In this document: piece by piece, positions 49,548-63,105 of the stretch
Layout of the letters: every line of letters begins with the position of its first letter
How positions within the stretch are numbered: position 1 is the first letter of the stretch
Assembly: GCF_006345805.1 (NCBI RefSeq)
Contig: NC_043004.1
Span: forward strand, 77,624,001-77,688,000
Direction: 5' to 3'
DNA from: Octopus sinensis
Lineage: Eukaryota
DNA length: 64,000 bases
Position numbers and translations under genes: made by a program
Notes under the pieces: generated by a model
What the model was told of the DNA's origin: nothing
The model's database searches: none
The model's input: only the letters and a program-made list of their open reading frames with translations

Positions 49548-50497
49548 CCGTAAATCCTCGAGTATAATCCGCATTTCCCCCCAAAAAATTTAAAGGTCAA
49601 ATTCCCTAGTGCATACTATATACGAGGTTAATAATGAATAATATTTTCTAAGCAATGTCCGAGTCTCTATTTGCTGTCTGGCAATGTTTATTCAGACGTA
49701 TTTTGTGATGTCGAGCATGAAAATACCTTAAGCTAAGCCTGAAAGCAATGAAGTCATAAAAGAATCATCCAAAACTTGCAGTAATCAACAATTAATAAAA
49801 TAAAAGTATTCAGAACACAGAATAACATGTAACAAAAACAATTTGCAAACATATTTACATTCCCATTATTGTATTACGCATACGTGGAAGTGTTTGTTCG
49901 ACTAGGTACTGCTGGGTTAATTACGCACGAATTATGCTTAATAGTTCAGCATTAAATAGTTCATCCTGCTGTTTGTATTGGCAGTTTGCATCATTACTGT
50001 GTCAAACAATAGATACTTAATTAAATACCAGTATTAAATGCTTGAACTACTGTGGGTCTTTACTAGGGTTTTTTTTATATGCGGGACTTAAACCTGTACA
50101 TTAATCTCCAATAAAACATTTTATACATTACATGCCCATAAAATGCCTCGTAGATCTTATTCAGCTATGTTTAAACTTGAATTTATATCATATGCTGAAG
50201 ACCATGGTAATAGGGTCACCAGAAGAAAATTTGATGTTGACGAAAGCAATGTCAGGTTATGGAGAAGAAATAAAGATGAAATTAAACAGATACCAAAGAT
50301 AAAGAAGGCAAGAAAGCAATAATAAAGGACGTTACCGTATACAGTTTTACAAAGCAATGACTTTATATAGACCTCCTTGACTCAAGTTAGAGAAGGGGTG
50401 CGTATTATACACAAGGTTTAGGTTTTTCAGAGGTACAGCCCCCTAAAAATCCCCTGCGTATTATACTCTAGGGCGGACTATACTCGAGGATTTATGG
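49548..50497 (+). mobile_element. Non-autonomous pogo-family element, TA TSD, nested in the pogo relic
   Basis: TA|ccgtaaatcctcgagtataatccgc ... gcggactatactcgaggatttatgg|TA. Confidence 0.92.
50143..50322 (+). CDS. 59-aa Brinker-type DNA-binding-domain mini-ORF (truncated pogo transposase N-terminus)
   Basis: MPRRSYSAMFKLEFISYAEDHGNRVTRRKFDVDESNVRLWRRNKDEIKQIPKIKKARKQ*; just under the ORF-track length cutoff. Confidence 0.6.
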   Translation: MPRRSYSAMFKLEFISYAEDHGNRVTRRKFDVDESNVRLWRRNKDEIKQIPKIKKARKQ

Positions 50498-51696
50498 TAT
50501 CGTTAACTTGAACAAATCCGGTGATGCCACCGCTGATGATGACTAGCGCATAACCCCTTTTCCAGAGGGCGTCTCTCACCCCCGGCATCAAATGCACCAT
50601 GTAATCACCGAGCACATAAACGGCAAAGTCTGCATGTGAAGACATTTTGAATCGGTTCGGAAGGTTTCCAATGATACAGAGCAGCTGTTCTAATCAATAA
50701 CAACCTTTAGGAGACCATTAATATTTCATTGTAGGCAGGGCATTCCGTAGTGGTGGTCTTTTCCCAGTTCCTTTAAATACAAACTCTGGGATAAGATGGA
50801 TTTTGGTATCCTTGCTAACCTGGGTGAACACTGTGATATGTTCCCCAGACAAATGGTGGTTTTCTTTGACGAACGTTTATCTTGATTTCTGAATAATAAG
50901 GTAACTTGTCCGGTATTTTCATTCCGTTGCAAGGGCATTTGATCTCCATTGATAATTAGGAGGATCTACGCCAAATTTGTCGAGGAAATAACAACGCACA
51001 CTCCAAATGCTCTTCAAATAATCCTGAATGTGCTCAACTCATTGCTCTTTGGAGACTGAAATGTGTTTGTTTGGGAATCTCAGTGATACTTTATACCCCT
51101 TTTTGCCAACCTTTCATCCAGCTTTTTGAAAAACAAGGCCTTACCTCAGTTGGTGAGTTCACTCCTCATAAAATTTCCAGCCTGTAATAGGAAAAGAGCT
51201 TGTGGTAATCTCACATGCAGCGATGTTCTAACAGCCACAAACCATTCAAACGATGCGTCTTTCACGCCTGGTACTTTTGTTTTACGACCTCCTCCAGCGA
51301 CTCTGAAATACTTCATTAGGTGTTTTTCGGCGCAGTCAAGTTCACCTTTCAAATATTTTTCAAAGCAGCGTTTGGCTACTTTAACTACAGAATCAAATAG
51401 TCGATCAGAGCTTTTGACACCAGCTAAATTGGAGTAAAACAAACGAACTGCTTTGGCGAGATATCCCTGCTTCGATGTGTCTGGGACATGGCGTTTCCTT
51501 TTAGCATCCCAATGACTTTCCCCTTTCATTCGCTCTAATGCAGAATCATACTCCTCTTTGCATTTGTTCACCACGATAGCAAGTGCTTACTTTTCTTCTA
51601 TAGAATAATTTCCATACGTCGCACCACGAAATACTCTTTTCTCTGCCCTGATGTTATGAAAAAAGTTCAGAGAAATTACCCAGCCGTGTTGATGTT

Positions 51697-52504
51697 GTTT
51701 GAGACCCGTTAACGAAAACGAAAAAAAAAACCCCAGTCTACTAGGTGTGAAAAAATGTGTAGAAAACGAATATGAAAAAAAAAATTGCACAAACGAAAGG
51801 GGGTGGAGTGGGGAGAGGAGTTTCGGATAATTCACAAGATCCAATTTTCCCCTCATAACTTTCAGGAAAGTGGATATGTATTGATGAAATTTTATAGAAA
51901 TACCATTCAAATGGCACAAATTATGATTATAAAAAAATTTGTGGGGGAAAATTTTTCCGAAGGGGTGGGGAGAGGACTGTCGGAAAATTAAACATGATCT
52001 GTATTTTGCCCTCGTAAATTTCAGGATCTAGTCTAGCGCCTGGTCACCAAAGTGAAAATAAAAACAGTCTACTAGGTGTAAAACTACAGAATTTTCTCAA
52101 GAAAGCCAAGAGAAAAGGATGTTTTATGTAACACATTCTACCAGTATTCGAAGTTTAAAAGTGTTTAGTTACAAAGAAATTATTTTTAAAATCTACCGGT
52201 CAAAACGAAAAGATCCGAAAGGTGTTTCTGTAAGATTTCATTAAAAGATATCCATTTTCCTAAAAGTTTTGAGGGAAAAACGGATTGTGTGAAATTTCCG
52301 GCAGTCCTCTCGCTACCCCTTAGGAAAATTTTTCGGTAAAATTGAGGGAATCGGATCTTGTGAATTTTCTGAACGTCCTTTCCCCCCACACCCCTATTCT
52401 TTTGCACAATTATTTTTTTTCATCATATTCATTTTCTACACATTTTTTTTTTACACCTTGAAGGCTGTTTTTTTTTGTTTTGTTTTCATTTAAGGGTCTC
52501 AAAC
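51697..52504. mobile_element. Foldback/MITE with long imperfect TIRs, carrying a nested GGATC-family fragment (52085-52216)
   Basis: gtttgagacccgttaa...tgtagaaaacgaatatga... is mirrored by ...tcatattcattttctaca...ttaagggtctcaaac. Confidence 0.75.
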
Positions 52505-53602
52505 TTTATATTGACCATTAATTAAAATCCTAATTCCGTAAAAAGCTTGTCCTGTAAACAGTTCTTAGTTTGTGTTGGTGATTGGTAGAGAAATTGAAAA
52601 TGAAGATTTGTTGACTTCAGTGCGGAGTAGCAGTAAACCCAAGCATGTGTTACAGCGTCGAGTTTTTATAAACTCTGGCTGGTTGTAAAGCATATTTTCT
52701 GATAGCAATTTCCTTGTTTTCTGTGTCCCGAAGCAGGTGTGTTGTATCTCGAAATGATTGATCTTCTTAGGGTTAAAGGTTATCAATGCCCTAAAATGTT
52801 GAAGGCTCAACCGCAGGAACATATACGGTGGATAAATATTTTTCTTCCATGCGTTTTGAAAACAAGTAGAACACTTTAGGTTTTCTTCCCATTCCTGTCA
52901 TTTTTCTTCTTTTTTTTTTTGTCATGCTGGTTCGCAATTTGTGTCAGTGAAAAAATATCCCCGGGGTTTGTTGTTTTGTACTAGTAATGGGAGTCAGTTT
53001 AATTGACTTTTCCCCTCCCCTTTAAATTGCTGGCTTTGTGCCTAAGCATCGAGCAATGTACCTTGTAGCATATAGTTATGGCCCATCATGTTCTGAGTTC
53101 AATCCTGCTGAGGATAGCTTTACTTTTCATTCCTACAGGGTTGATAAAATAAAGCACCAGTAATGTACTGGGCTGCTTTAATCCACTAGTCTCTCCCATA
53201 AATTGTTGTCCTTGTGCCTCAATGAGAAATCATTATTTAAAGTTTTCTGTCAACCTTGATTTTTTTTCTAAAACCAGAATTAGTTATTTAGTTTATATAT
53301 ATCCTATTTATTTTATAACATATGGTATTGCTTGTAATGTTCTTTTTGTGTCATATTAATATAATGTCTTTAACGTAAAATAAAATTATTATTAGATTCT
53401 CCAGTTGTTTTATCAACATGAATGGCTTTCAATAAAATTTCACTGGAGATAGATTAGCAAAATTCAATAAGGAGGAAGGGTTGGAATAAAAGCAATTGGG
53501 GGGAATCTTTAAAATTAATTAGGTGGGCGTAAAAGATCTGAAAAATTAATAAGCAGGAATGAGTATTCAAGACCCCAGAGTATACATATATACAGACACA
53601 TA

Positions 53603-53974
53603 TCTCTCTATATATAAACGGCAAAATGTCTGTCTGTGTGTGCGTGTCCTTTATACAAATCCACAATTTTTCAGTTAGAGGGCTCGCACTTTCTATGGTC
53701 ATTCAAAACCACCCAAGGGTGGTCGTGCACATCTTTACATTTCCTCAGTCACCCCGCAAAGCCATTACAAAAATCAATAGAAGTGACTTTTTTGTGAATT
53801 TTCTATCCAAAACCCAATCAGAATGCCTGAAACTTGATACGCCAATTGAATGCCAGCTAGTTGTATGTGATTGGTCGGAGATTTGGACAGTACTCGCGTG
53901 TATGTGTGCATGCACGCAGCTGTATATGCATGCACTAGCACTGTGACCCGGTGTTGCCAGGTCATAGTGCTAGT
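53603..53974 (+). mobile_element. Non-autonomous Helitron-like element (family A), inserted A|T
   Basis: cacata|TCTCTCTATATATAAACGG ... GGTCATAGTGCTAG|tatata. Confidence 0.9.
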
Positions 53975-54059
53975 ATATATATTTAGACATACACTACTCC
54001 TAAAACCTATTACAGTTGCCAGAAATATAGAGTGCATCACTCTGGAGACATCATAAAGA

Positions 54060-54530
54060 TTTAGGCATAATCATGTTGTTTCTCCTGGTTGAAGTACTTT
54101 TCATCTAAGAAGAATCAAAGCATGCCATGTCCGTGAGGGTCTTTAACCTTTTTAAATGAGCACTTGGCACAGATCCAATGGTTTTCCTGTATCTTTGCAG
54201 GCATGAATTGACCTCTACTCAGTACATACTGGCACCAAATTTCCTTATACATCAATTCTGGCTACTCCAACACTTTCAAGTTCTTTGGTGATGGCCTTCA
54301 CAAGATTTCCTGGGGTCATCATTGTTTTGAACCCATTGGATGAATTGCAATGTCCTCATTGTGCCAAAAATGTTTAGAACATTTTCTTTTTCTCAGAGAA
54401 ACGTTTGTGCCAGATGTTTCCGATTCTATCCAAAGTTGTATACAAAAGATCTTGCAGCATTTGGAAAGTTGGCAGTTCCACATATATGGCAACAATGACT
54501 TTTCATTTCTTGAGTTAACAGTTTATCTGC
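54060..54530 (-). pseudogene. Degraded Tc1/mariner-type transposase N-terminus
   Basis: Fragments LTQEMK, VIVAI, ARSFVY, DDPRKS/VKAITKEL, FFLDEKYFNQ (SDEK-like). Confidence 0.5.
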
Positions 54531-54663
54531 CATGGGGGATTTCAAAGACAAACATCTTATAACTGGTTTGAAGAGAGTAATATACTGATATTTAACTGTC
54601 CAACAATTGGGAACATGAAACTCTTGAGTAACAGTTTTGTAGCTTTAATAAAAGCATATATAC

Positions 54664-55113
54664 ATCATTGTCGTTTAACGTCCGCTTTCCATGCTAGCAT
54701 GGGTTGGACGATTTTGACTGAGGGCTGGCAAACCAGATGGCTGCACCAGGCTTTAATCTTGATCTGGCAGAGTTTATACAGCTGGATGCCCTTCCTAACG
54801 CCAACCACTCCGAGAGTGTAGTGGGTGCTTTTTACATGCCACAGGCACAGGGCTAGTCAGGCGGTACTGGCAATGACCTCGCTTGAATCTTTTACACATG
54901 CCACCGGCACAAGTGCCAGTGAGGTGACGCTGGTAACGATCATGCTCGAATGTTGTTTTGAACATGCCAGATAACCGCTCTGGCAACGGTCATGCTTGGA
55001 TGGCGCTCTTTAAGGTGACGCTGGTAATGATCACGCTCGAATGGTGTCTTTTACATGCCACCGGCACGGAGGCCAGATAGCCACTCTGGCAACGATCACG
55101 CTCGAATGGTGCC
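54664..55113 (-). mobile_element. RTE-type LINE 3' UTR copy
   Basis: Reverse tail and several diverged tandem units. Confidence 0.87.
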
Positions 55114-55664
55114 ATATATCATATATCCCCTAATGTAAGAATTTTAAAATATATTTTCATATTTTACTTAGTGCAAACATTATCCGATACAGAACTCAAT
55201 GCAATGGGTAGAGTGGATAGGTATTTTTATTATATCAAAAGTTGACAGCACATGACTGTGGGTAATTATAAATTGCTTGCAGTTTATACAAGGGTGTGCT
55301 AACCCTGGAAAAGTTGTGGATGGTTGGGGTTACATGTCTTTGAAAAGTAATTTAGAGATGTAGGGATTGTAATGGAAAAATATTAATGTGTGTGTATACA
55401 TGATTGTATTGAGACATTCCTTAAATGTGCTTGTGTTTGCATTATCAAAGTTGTTAAATGAAATTATAAGAGGATGATTTTTGAAGAAGTTCCATTGACA
55501 CGACCTATCAGTTAGAGAGGTTACTGTTCTAATTCATAGGTCAAATTTTTACAAATCAGAGGTTAGCCAATGTTTTGAGTTGGTGATATTTATGCAAATA
55601 TTTGAAAAATTGTGTGTATACATATATATATATGTAAATATATATAACTGTATCATTCCTTCAG

Positions 55665-55765
55665 GAATGACTGATGAAAGTAGCATTTGTGTCCTAGGTC
55701 ATCCAGTTTTTCTTAACCAAACAGTAACAAACCTATAATGACTACTGGAAACATCTGTAAGTCAA
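55665..55765 (+). ncRNA. Degenerate type I hammerhead-like motif
   Basis: tga-CTGATGA-a-agtagcat...atgactact-g-GAAAC-atct-GTA-agtca. Confidence 0.55.
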
Positions 55766-55819
55766 ATATACTACAATAAAGACAAAATATGTAATGACCT
55801 TATATCATCATTATTGTTT

Positions 55820-56165
<346 letters not shown>

Positions 56166-57237
56166 GTCAATTAAATACCAATTTCATAGGATTTTCATGA
56201 TTTATTTCTTTTATTTTTGTATATACACAAGTACTTTCATAATATTGGGAAGCAATCGTCATGTTGAATTTTTGTACAATGAGGCATCCAGGTAAATATT
56301 TACATAGTAACTGTATCTAGATGAGTATTTAAAAATATCAATATTGGGTATTTATTTTATTTATGCTGAGTAACAGTGGCTTAAAGGTCAATAACACAAT
56401 ATTACATAATTTAATTCTTAATTAGTGTGTTGTCATTCTCAAATTAAACTAAATTTTAACCAAATTTATACCAACATTACTGTTCGTTCATACTAGTTCC
56501 AGCTTCTCAGTAAAACTCATTTCGTTTGCTCTTCTTTTGATTTCATCTGAGCCAAGGTTTATAAAATAGAACTATTAAGAAATTTATATTGCTGCATTTA
56601 TGCATGCATACACACACACACATAATCGTTATCAACATCACTGTGTTTTAAAGTCTATTTTCCAATTCTTGCACAGGCCAGACAATATGCTGAAGCAAAT
56701 TTTTTTTTATAGCCAGATGCCCTCCCTGATACCAACTGCCACCAGTTTCCAAATGAGGTAGTAATCTCTCAGTCTATCAAATAACAAACACCTCAGACAT
56801 AAATACACAGAGAACTGGAAACAAATGATACCATTTGAATGAGCAACACGTCGAAGCCCAGATGTGCTTTTATGGTGTCATACAGGCAAATGATGCCGTC
56901 ACTGCTTATAACCATAAACACATGACCACAAAGAGAAATATGAACTCACTTGCACAAACACACACACACATGTATATAAATCATATATGACGAGCTTCTT
57001 TCAATTTCTTTCTACCAAAACCACTCACAAGCCTTGTGTCGCACTCGTAGGTATGACACAGTGAAACTGAACTCAAAACTCCTCATCCACATAGCCACTC
57101 CTGAATGTTTGCTTTACCTCATATACTTCTATGTAAGTATCTATGTGTATATATATGTGTGTGTATGCACACACACACTCACGAAAGTGGCCAATAAGTA
57201 CTCAACACCACATTTAGTGAATAAATATATATTTTTT

Positions 57238-57434
57238 TGCATTGTGGAAGGTGTTTATAAGCCATTTAAAAACACACAAAAACCGTTGGATTCACTTCAA
57301 CATTTAAATTTAATTTGTCAAAATATCTTCGTTGCTTTGAGACCGCGACCTGCTGCACGGAAAAAAAACTTTGACAACTTTCTAACAGTTTTTTTTGTGC
57401 TTTTAAATGGCTTATAAACACCTTCTACACTGCA
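57238..57434. repeat. Inverted repeat, ~55-bp arms
   Basis: tgcattgtggaaggtgtttataagccatttaaaa... mirrored by ...ttttaaatggcttataaacaccttctacactgca. Confidence 0.85.
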
Positions 57435-57988
57435 ATTGTTTTTGTTTCAGCACATGATCTCAGATCAGGCTACTTGCTAGGCATGTACATCTCCCTATAT
57501 TTTATTTTATTGTGCATTAGTAAACAATGCTACCAATGGTTTCATGTGGAAAACTCATTTAAGCATACCACTTAAAACTGTTGATAACTAGCCTCCATGC
57601 TGGATGTAACTAGATGAGATTACGTAAACTTTTATGAGGCTTCAAAAAAAAAAAAAAAACCCGTGTACAGATTATTATACACAGCAGAGGGGAAGCAACT
57701 CATGTGTGGACTTATTTTTATCAATATTTGCAAAATCACCAAGGCCAAGTCAAGAAAATAACCAAAACATTTTGAAGTCTTGTAAATATTGTGTAGTCTC
57801 TTTCACATAGCCTCATCCTACATTCTTAAGAGGAAGACTTGAAAAATTGCAGCATTTTCCACATGAAACTGCCTGTAGCATTTGACAGGAGCTGGCAAGT
57901 CAGAAGACTGCGTCAAGGCCTACTGTCTGTTTGGGCATGGTTTCTATTGCTGGATACCCTTCCTAATGCCAATATGTGTGTGTGTGTG

Positions 57989-58020
<32 letters not shown>

Positions 58021-58890
58021 CACACACACATTTACATAATCTTTTAGCATTATATTCATATCAAACCAAATTTTAATCAACATCACTCTCGTCAGAACTG
58101 ATTCTCATTAAAATTTCTTTCACCCTTTTTTTAACTTCATATGAACAAGTATCACATCGTACAAGTGATCTTATTTGCTTCCAGTCTTGGCTATGGTTTG
58201 ACAACAGGAAGGACTGTAGGCTGTTGAAGAGCTTGCTTGATGCCTTTCCTGTTTACACTGAAGACTGAAAACAAAGGACGTTACTTATATGGTAGTGACT
58301 CACAATTATGATACCATGTCACACACCATACAATAGCTTTCTTTCAGTTCACCCTGGAGCTATAGTAGAAGACACATCTAAGGTGCCACAAAGTGGGACT
58401 GAACCTAAAGCCATGTGGTTGAGAAGGGAACTTCTTAAACACAGCCTTGCCTGGGCTTACACACATACACACACATATATAATGTGCATAGGTACATGCA
58501 TTAGTTTTTGTCTCTAAATTTCCATATATTTCTAATCCACAATATCTAACCTTAGATTTTCAGAAATTTGACTTACAAATTAGAACAATTTATTTCCAAA
58601 CTTTAACCTATCTCTAACAATATCAGTTAAATCCTGTCCACAGAGACAGTACAAAGATCATCTCCTCATTTCACTATTAGAATTTCAATCAACTCTATGG
58701 ATAATGTAAACATGAGCCCAGTTAAGGATAGTGCCAATCCGTTTATACATAGATACATTAACAGTATATTTCCATTGCAATCATTAAATTAGCTTTCAAA
58801 AACACATACCTCACTAAAACACACCATTCCAAGGTCAACACTCCCTAGTATAAACTAAAAACATATTCGGCATCAGTTAAGAATTGCCCA

Positions 58891-59069
58891 GCTCCAAGCA
58901 AAACACTAAGGAAGCTGACTTTTTTTTTAATATAAAACATATATTTGTATACTTGTACATACATACATACATACATATATATATATATATATGTATGTAT
59001 GTACAAGTATACAAACATATGTTTATATTAAAAAAAAAAAGTCAGCTTCCTTAGAGTTTTGCTTGGAGC
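58891..59069. repeat. Spacerless palindrome centred on (TA)n
   Basis: gctccaagcaaaacactaaggaagctgac... mirrored by ...gtcagcttccttagagttttgcttggagc. Confidence 0.92.
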
Positions 59070-59487
59070 GGATCCATTTCTAGCATAAGGGTGTCCACAT
59101 AGTGGTTTCCCTCTAATATGTATATAATACAATTTTACTGAACTTTCAGTAATTTTATATGCTAGATTGCTGGTGTGAAATCGATGTTAATTAAATTAAT
59201 ATCTAATTTCTCACCCTCATTTAAAATTTTTATATATATATATATATATATACATACACACACACACACACACACACAATTTATGCATATATATATAGTG
59301 TGACAAAGTTTAAATTACAACCATGCGGTTTCAGGTTTAGTCCCCCTGGACAACACTTTAAGGAAGAGTCTTCAATTGTAGCTACAATGGCTTCTGAATG
59401 AATTTATCAGACAGCAACTCTGTGGAAGCCTGTGGTGTTTGTGTGTGCAAGTGTATGTATAAATATATATGTATACATCTGATCTGT

Positions 59488-59750
59488 ATGTGGCCAATGC
59501 CAGTGCCGCCTTGACTGGCTGCCGTGTCGTTGGCACGTAACAACCACTAACCGATCGTGGTCGTTGCCAGCCTCTCCTGGCACGTAAAAGGCACCCACTA
59601 CATTCATGGAGTGGTTGGCACTAGGAAGGGCATCCAGCTGTAGAAACACTGCCAGATCAGACTGGAGCCTGGTGCGGCCTCCTGGCTTCCCAGACCCCAG
59701 TCGAACTGTCCAACCCATGCTAGCAAGGAATACGAACGTTAAACGATGAT
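59488..59750 (+). mobile_element. RTE-type LINE 3' UTR copy
   Basis: Hairpin unit and terminal cccatgctagcaagg...gttaaacgatgat. Confidence 0.85.
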
Positions 59751-60244
59751 AGACACACACACTTTCTATATAGGATATACATCTATATCATACTTATATC
59801 CATATATGTAAACACAGCAAGTGTACACTATGACTGACAACTTGTGCACCTGCATCATATGATTATGTAGATTATGTTACATAGTAACAACAGTACATCT
59901 CATGGGTATATGTACAGGAGTGTAACAGACCATACGGAGGTTTAAATAAATATTCTTAAACTGTGGTTTATAGCAATAACAGATACACATAGACACACAC
60001 ATGCACAAGTGCTGGTGCCATATAAAAAGCAGCCAGTACACTCTGTAAAGGGGTTGGTGTTAGGAAGGGCATCAGCTGTAGAAACCATACCAAAACAGAC
60101 AATGGAACCTGGTGCGGTTCAACATGGAAAACAGACATTAAATGATGATGGTGTATATATATGTGTGTGTGTGTATATAAACTCAAACACATGTACTTTG
60201 TACAATATATACATGCATGTGCATGCACACACACAACATTCTTA

Positions 60245-60745
60245 ATTCTAATGAGAGTTCCTTGAGGAACTCTACTGGGAGCTCTTTCAGACATGCTCTC
60301 AGTCATACAGTCAACTTTTCTCTCCAGCTATGCTGATGATATGAAATAATCAGATGTATCATGCACCCTGATGATAATGCAAAATTACACCAAGACCTAA
60401 GCACAATATGCAACTAAGGTGAAGAAGGCAACATGTAGTTCAAATTGATGACTTCAGGCACATATTGCTAAGACAGAAATAATGTGCTTGCAACTAGTTA
60501 GCTAGATTCTGAGTTTGTTTAGAACAAGAAAACAGGAAACCACGTTGGTGCTGTGGAGAACATTTGTTCACAGCTGCTTGAACTACTGCTTTCAATTATG
60601 GTTACCCATTAGGGTCTAACTAACAGTGTAACTTGGGGCAGCACTGCCCCACCAAGATTATTCAGTGTAAGAGATGAGCCACTGGGAGAAGTTGAATGTA
60701 CTAGAGCTTTACTCCCTGGAGCAAAGATATGAAAGATATGTAGTG

Positions 60746-60796
<51 letters not shown>

Positions 60797-61185
60797 GAAG
60801 ATCCTGGAAGGTCTAGTGCTAAACTTTGGAACTGAAAGCTATATCAATCTTCAAACTTGGTGCCACTGCAGAGTAGTGAATTCCCTGGCCTCTATCTAGA
60901 GTAATGACCCAATAGTTTAACAGTTCAAAGGTTCACAACTTCTCAATGTTTTGCCAAAAACCTAAGAGATCAACAAGGAGTATATGTGGATTTATTGCAA
61001 AAACACTTAGACATTCTTTCATCTGAGATCTCTGATCAACCTACATCATGGCAAGAGGGTTGTGATATCTAACTCCCTCATTCACCAAAACCAAACATAG
61101 AGCGGGCCACAGAAATGAATAAATTAAAAGTACCACTAACAAAGGTGCCACAGCTAATGGAGTGGAGCAGTTAAGAGAGTAAAAA
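60245..61185 (+). mobile_element. Scattered CR1/L2-group LINE remnants
   Basis: RVP*GTLLG...SSYADDMK at 60250-60350; WKILEGLV, GSQLLNVLPKNL and SDQPT at 60790-61050; tail aaggtgccacagc. Confidence 0.6.
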
Positions 61186-61194
61186 TATATACAT

Positions 61195-61522
61195 TATATG
61201 TATGCATAAAACACACAAACACACACATATACTTTATGTATATGTGTGTTATATGTATATATGCAGACACACATGCGCATATATATATATACATACATAT
61301 ATATATACATATGCACATATATACATATATATATATATATGCACATATATATATATACACATATATATATATATACACACATATATATGCACATATATAC
61401 ATATATATATATACATATATACACACACACACACACATATATATATACACACATACATATATATATACACACACACACACATATATATATGCATATATAT
61501 ACATATATATATATATATACAT
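61195..61522. repeat. (TA)/(CA) compound microsatellite
   Basis: Direct run. Confidence 0.97.
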
Positions 61523-62907
61523 AAAGGCAAACAAACATTCATAAAATTATTGAATGAAAATAAAACAAAAATATTAATATGGAGGGAAGAGTACACCATT
61601 TGCATTTCAGATAACAATGATACAATGATGATTATTAAACTTCAGAAGTTACAGCTTTTATTACACCAGGGTGTGAGTTAGCATAAAGAAATATTTCAAC
61701 TAAATCTGGCTATTTTAAGTGTATTTTCCTATGTTTGAAGCAACTGTTATCAACAAGGGAATTAAAACACCCTAAAGAGATTGGACCTGGCAGTTGATGA
61801 ACACTGTTTAACAATATAATACATATCTGTATTTCGTTAGGTGTTAATTCGTTATAACTGCTAATAACTAGCAGCATGACAAAAAAAATTTCTCAAAATC
61901 AACTATAAGTAAGCAGATTTTAATAATGTGATAGATAAAAAAAAAACACATGAATTGGAAACTGTTATTATGCTAACTGTTATTAACAATGCCAATGGTG
62001 AAATGACATTAGCCACATTACAACAGTTATTTACAGGAGGTACTCTGTTGTCAAATGTGAACAAGTAATTAGTCACATGGATGTCACAAAGGTGTAAAAT
62101 TAGCTGAACAGTTGAGTCAAATGTAAATCCACTGAATCTGGGCCAATATTCTAATGCATTTTCCGATGAGAGACTAACTTTACTTTTCAGACTTCATAAG
62201 CCGTATCAATATTTTGTTGCATATATTTTAAATTTATAAATTTAAAATCCTAAAGATTTAAGTCATGATTCTTCCTTAATAAATCCTCAATATTATGACT
62301 AAAAGGGACAAAAAAAAAAAAGGTGGGATGAAGTTTTCTACCGAAAGGGAAGATGTAGTTGTTAGATGGATAATATGCAAGGTAAGTGACTATATCATGC
62401 ACAGATGCCTCTTTAACCAACCAGTAAATTGAAATGATGCACATTCCTAGACAACAACCAGTTGCAAATAAATGTAATCGCTTTGCTCTAATGAGCCAGG
62501 CTACAAAAAGAAATCACATGAGATCCAGGTTAGAAATATCCATTTCACAAAATCCAAGTTGGAGGTAGAAACTCATATCGCACAGTTTCGATATGATGAA
62601 ATTTTTTTCCCAGTTCAGAAACGAACTTGAAACAATACCTTGTTCTATTTTCTTTGACAGAGACCAACAATAGTGACTAGTATGGCCCATGATGAAACGT
62701 TGGTAAAAACTGATGTGTCAAGCACAAAGCAATCACCATAATGTCAAAGTAGAAACAATGTATAACATAGATGAGATGAGATTAGAATCCACTACAGAGG
62801 GATAGTGACTAATCAGTATAACCACCTGGGTCCTGCAACATCAGAACCCTTTGAAACTCGGTGCTATGTTGTTTACCAGATAAGAGATCAACCTAAAAAA
62901 TATAATG

Positions 62908-63105
62908 TCAGGACTTTTCTTTAATTTTTGTGTCATGACTTGTTTTATTGGAAATTTGAGCCTCTGTACTATTGAATGGTGCAGATGATGTGGGTGGTAT
63001 TAGATTGCTTGGAGAGTTGGTTGATTTAGAACTTTGAATTGGTCCCTGTGAGAGCGATGCTTGTGACTGTTGCAGTACTGGGTACACTACGAGGGAATGC
63101 TGGTC
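62908..63105 (-). CDS. Probable terminal exon of a minus-strand gene extending beyond the window; frame unresolved
   Basis: Strong acceptor ttttcattttatttctgtttcctag|. Phase 0 reads DQHSLVVYPVLQQSQ...TKIKEKS* (to 62908). Phase 1 reads (G)PAFPRSVPSTATVTSIALTGTNSKF* (to 63026). About 1.3 kb of repeat-free, UTR-like sequence follows. Confidence 0.55.
   Translation of the reverse strand, partial: DQHSLVVYPVLQQSQASLSQGPIQSSKSTNSPSNLIPPTSSAPFNSTEAQISNKTSHDTKIKEKS

Larger units (their letters stand above)
48860..51580 (-). pseudogene. Degraded pogo/Tigger-like transposase (CENP-B-type HTH plus DDE_1)
   Basis: AGGGRKTKVPGVKDASFEWF, IINGDQMPLQRNE, LGDYMVHL, IISGGITGFVQVND|IYLHKQLKAKYRE. Confidence 0.88.
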
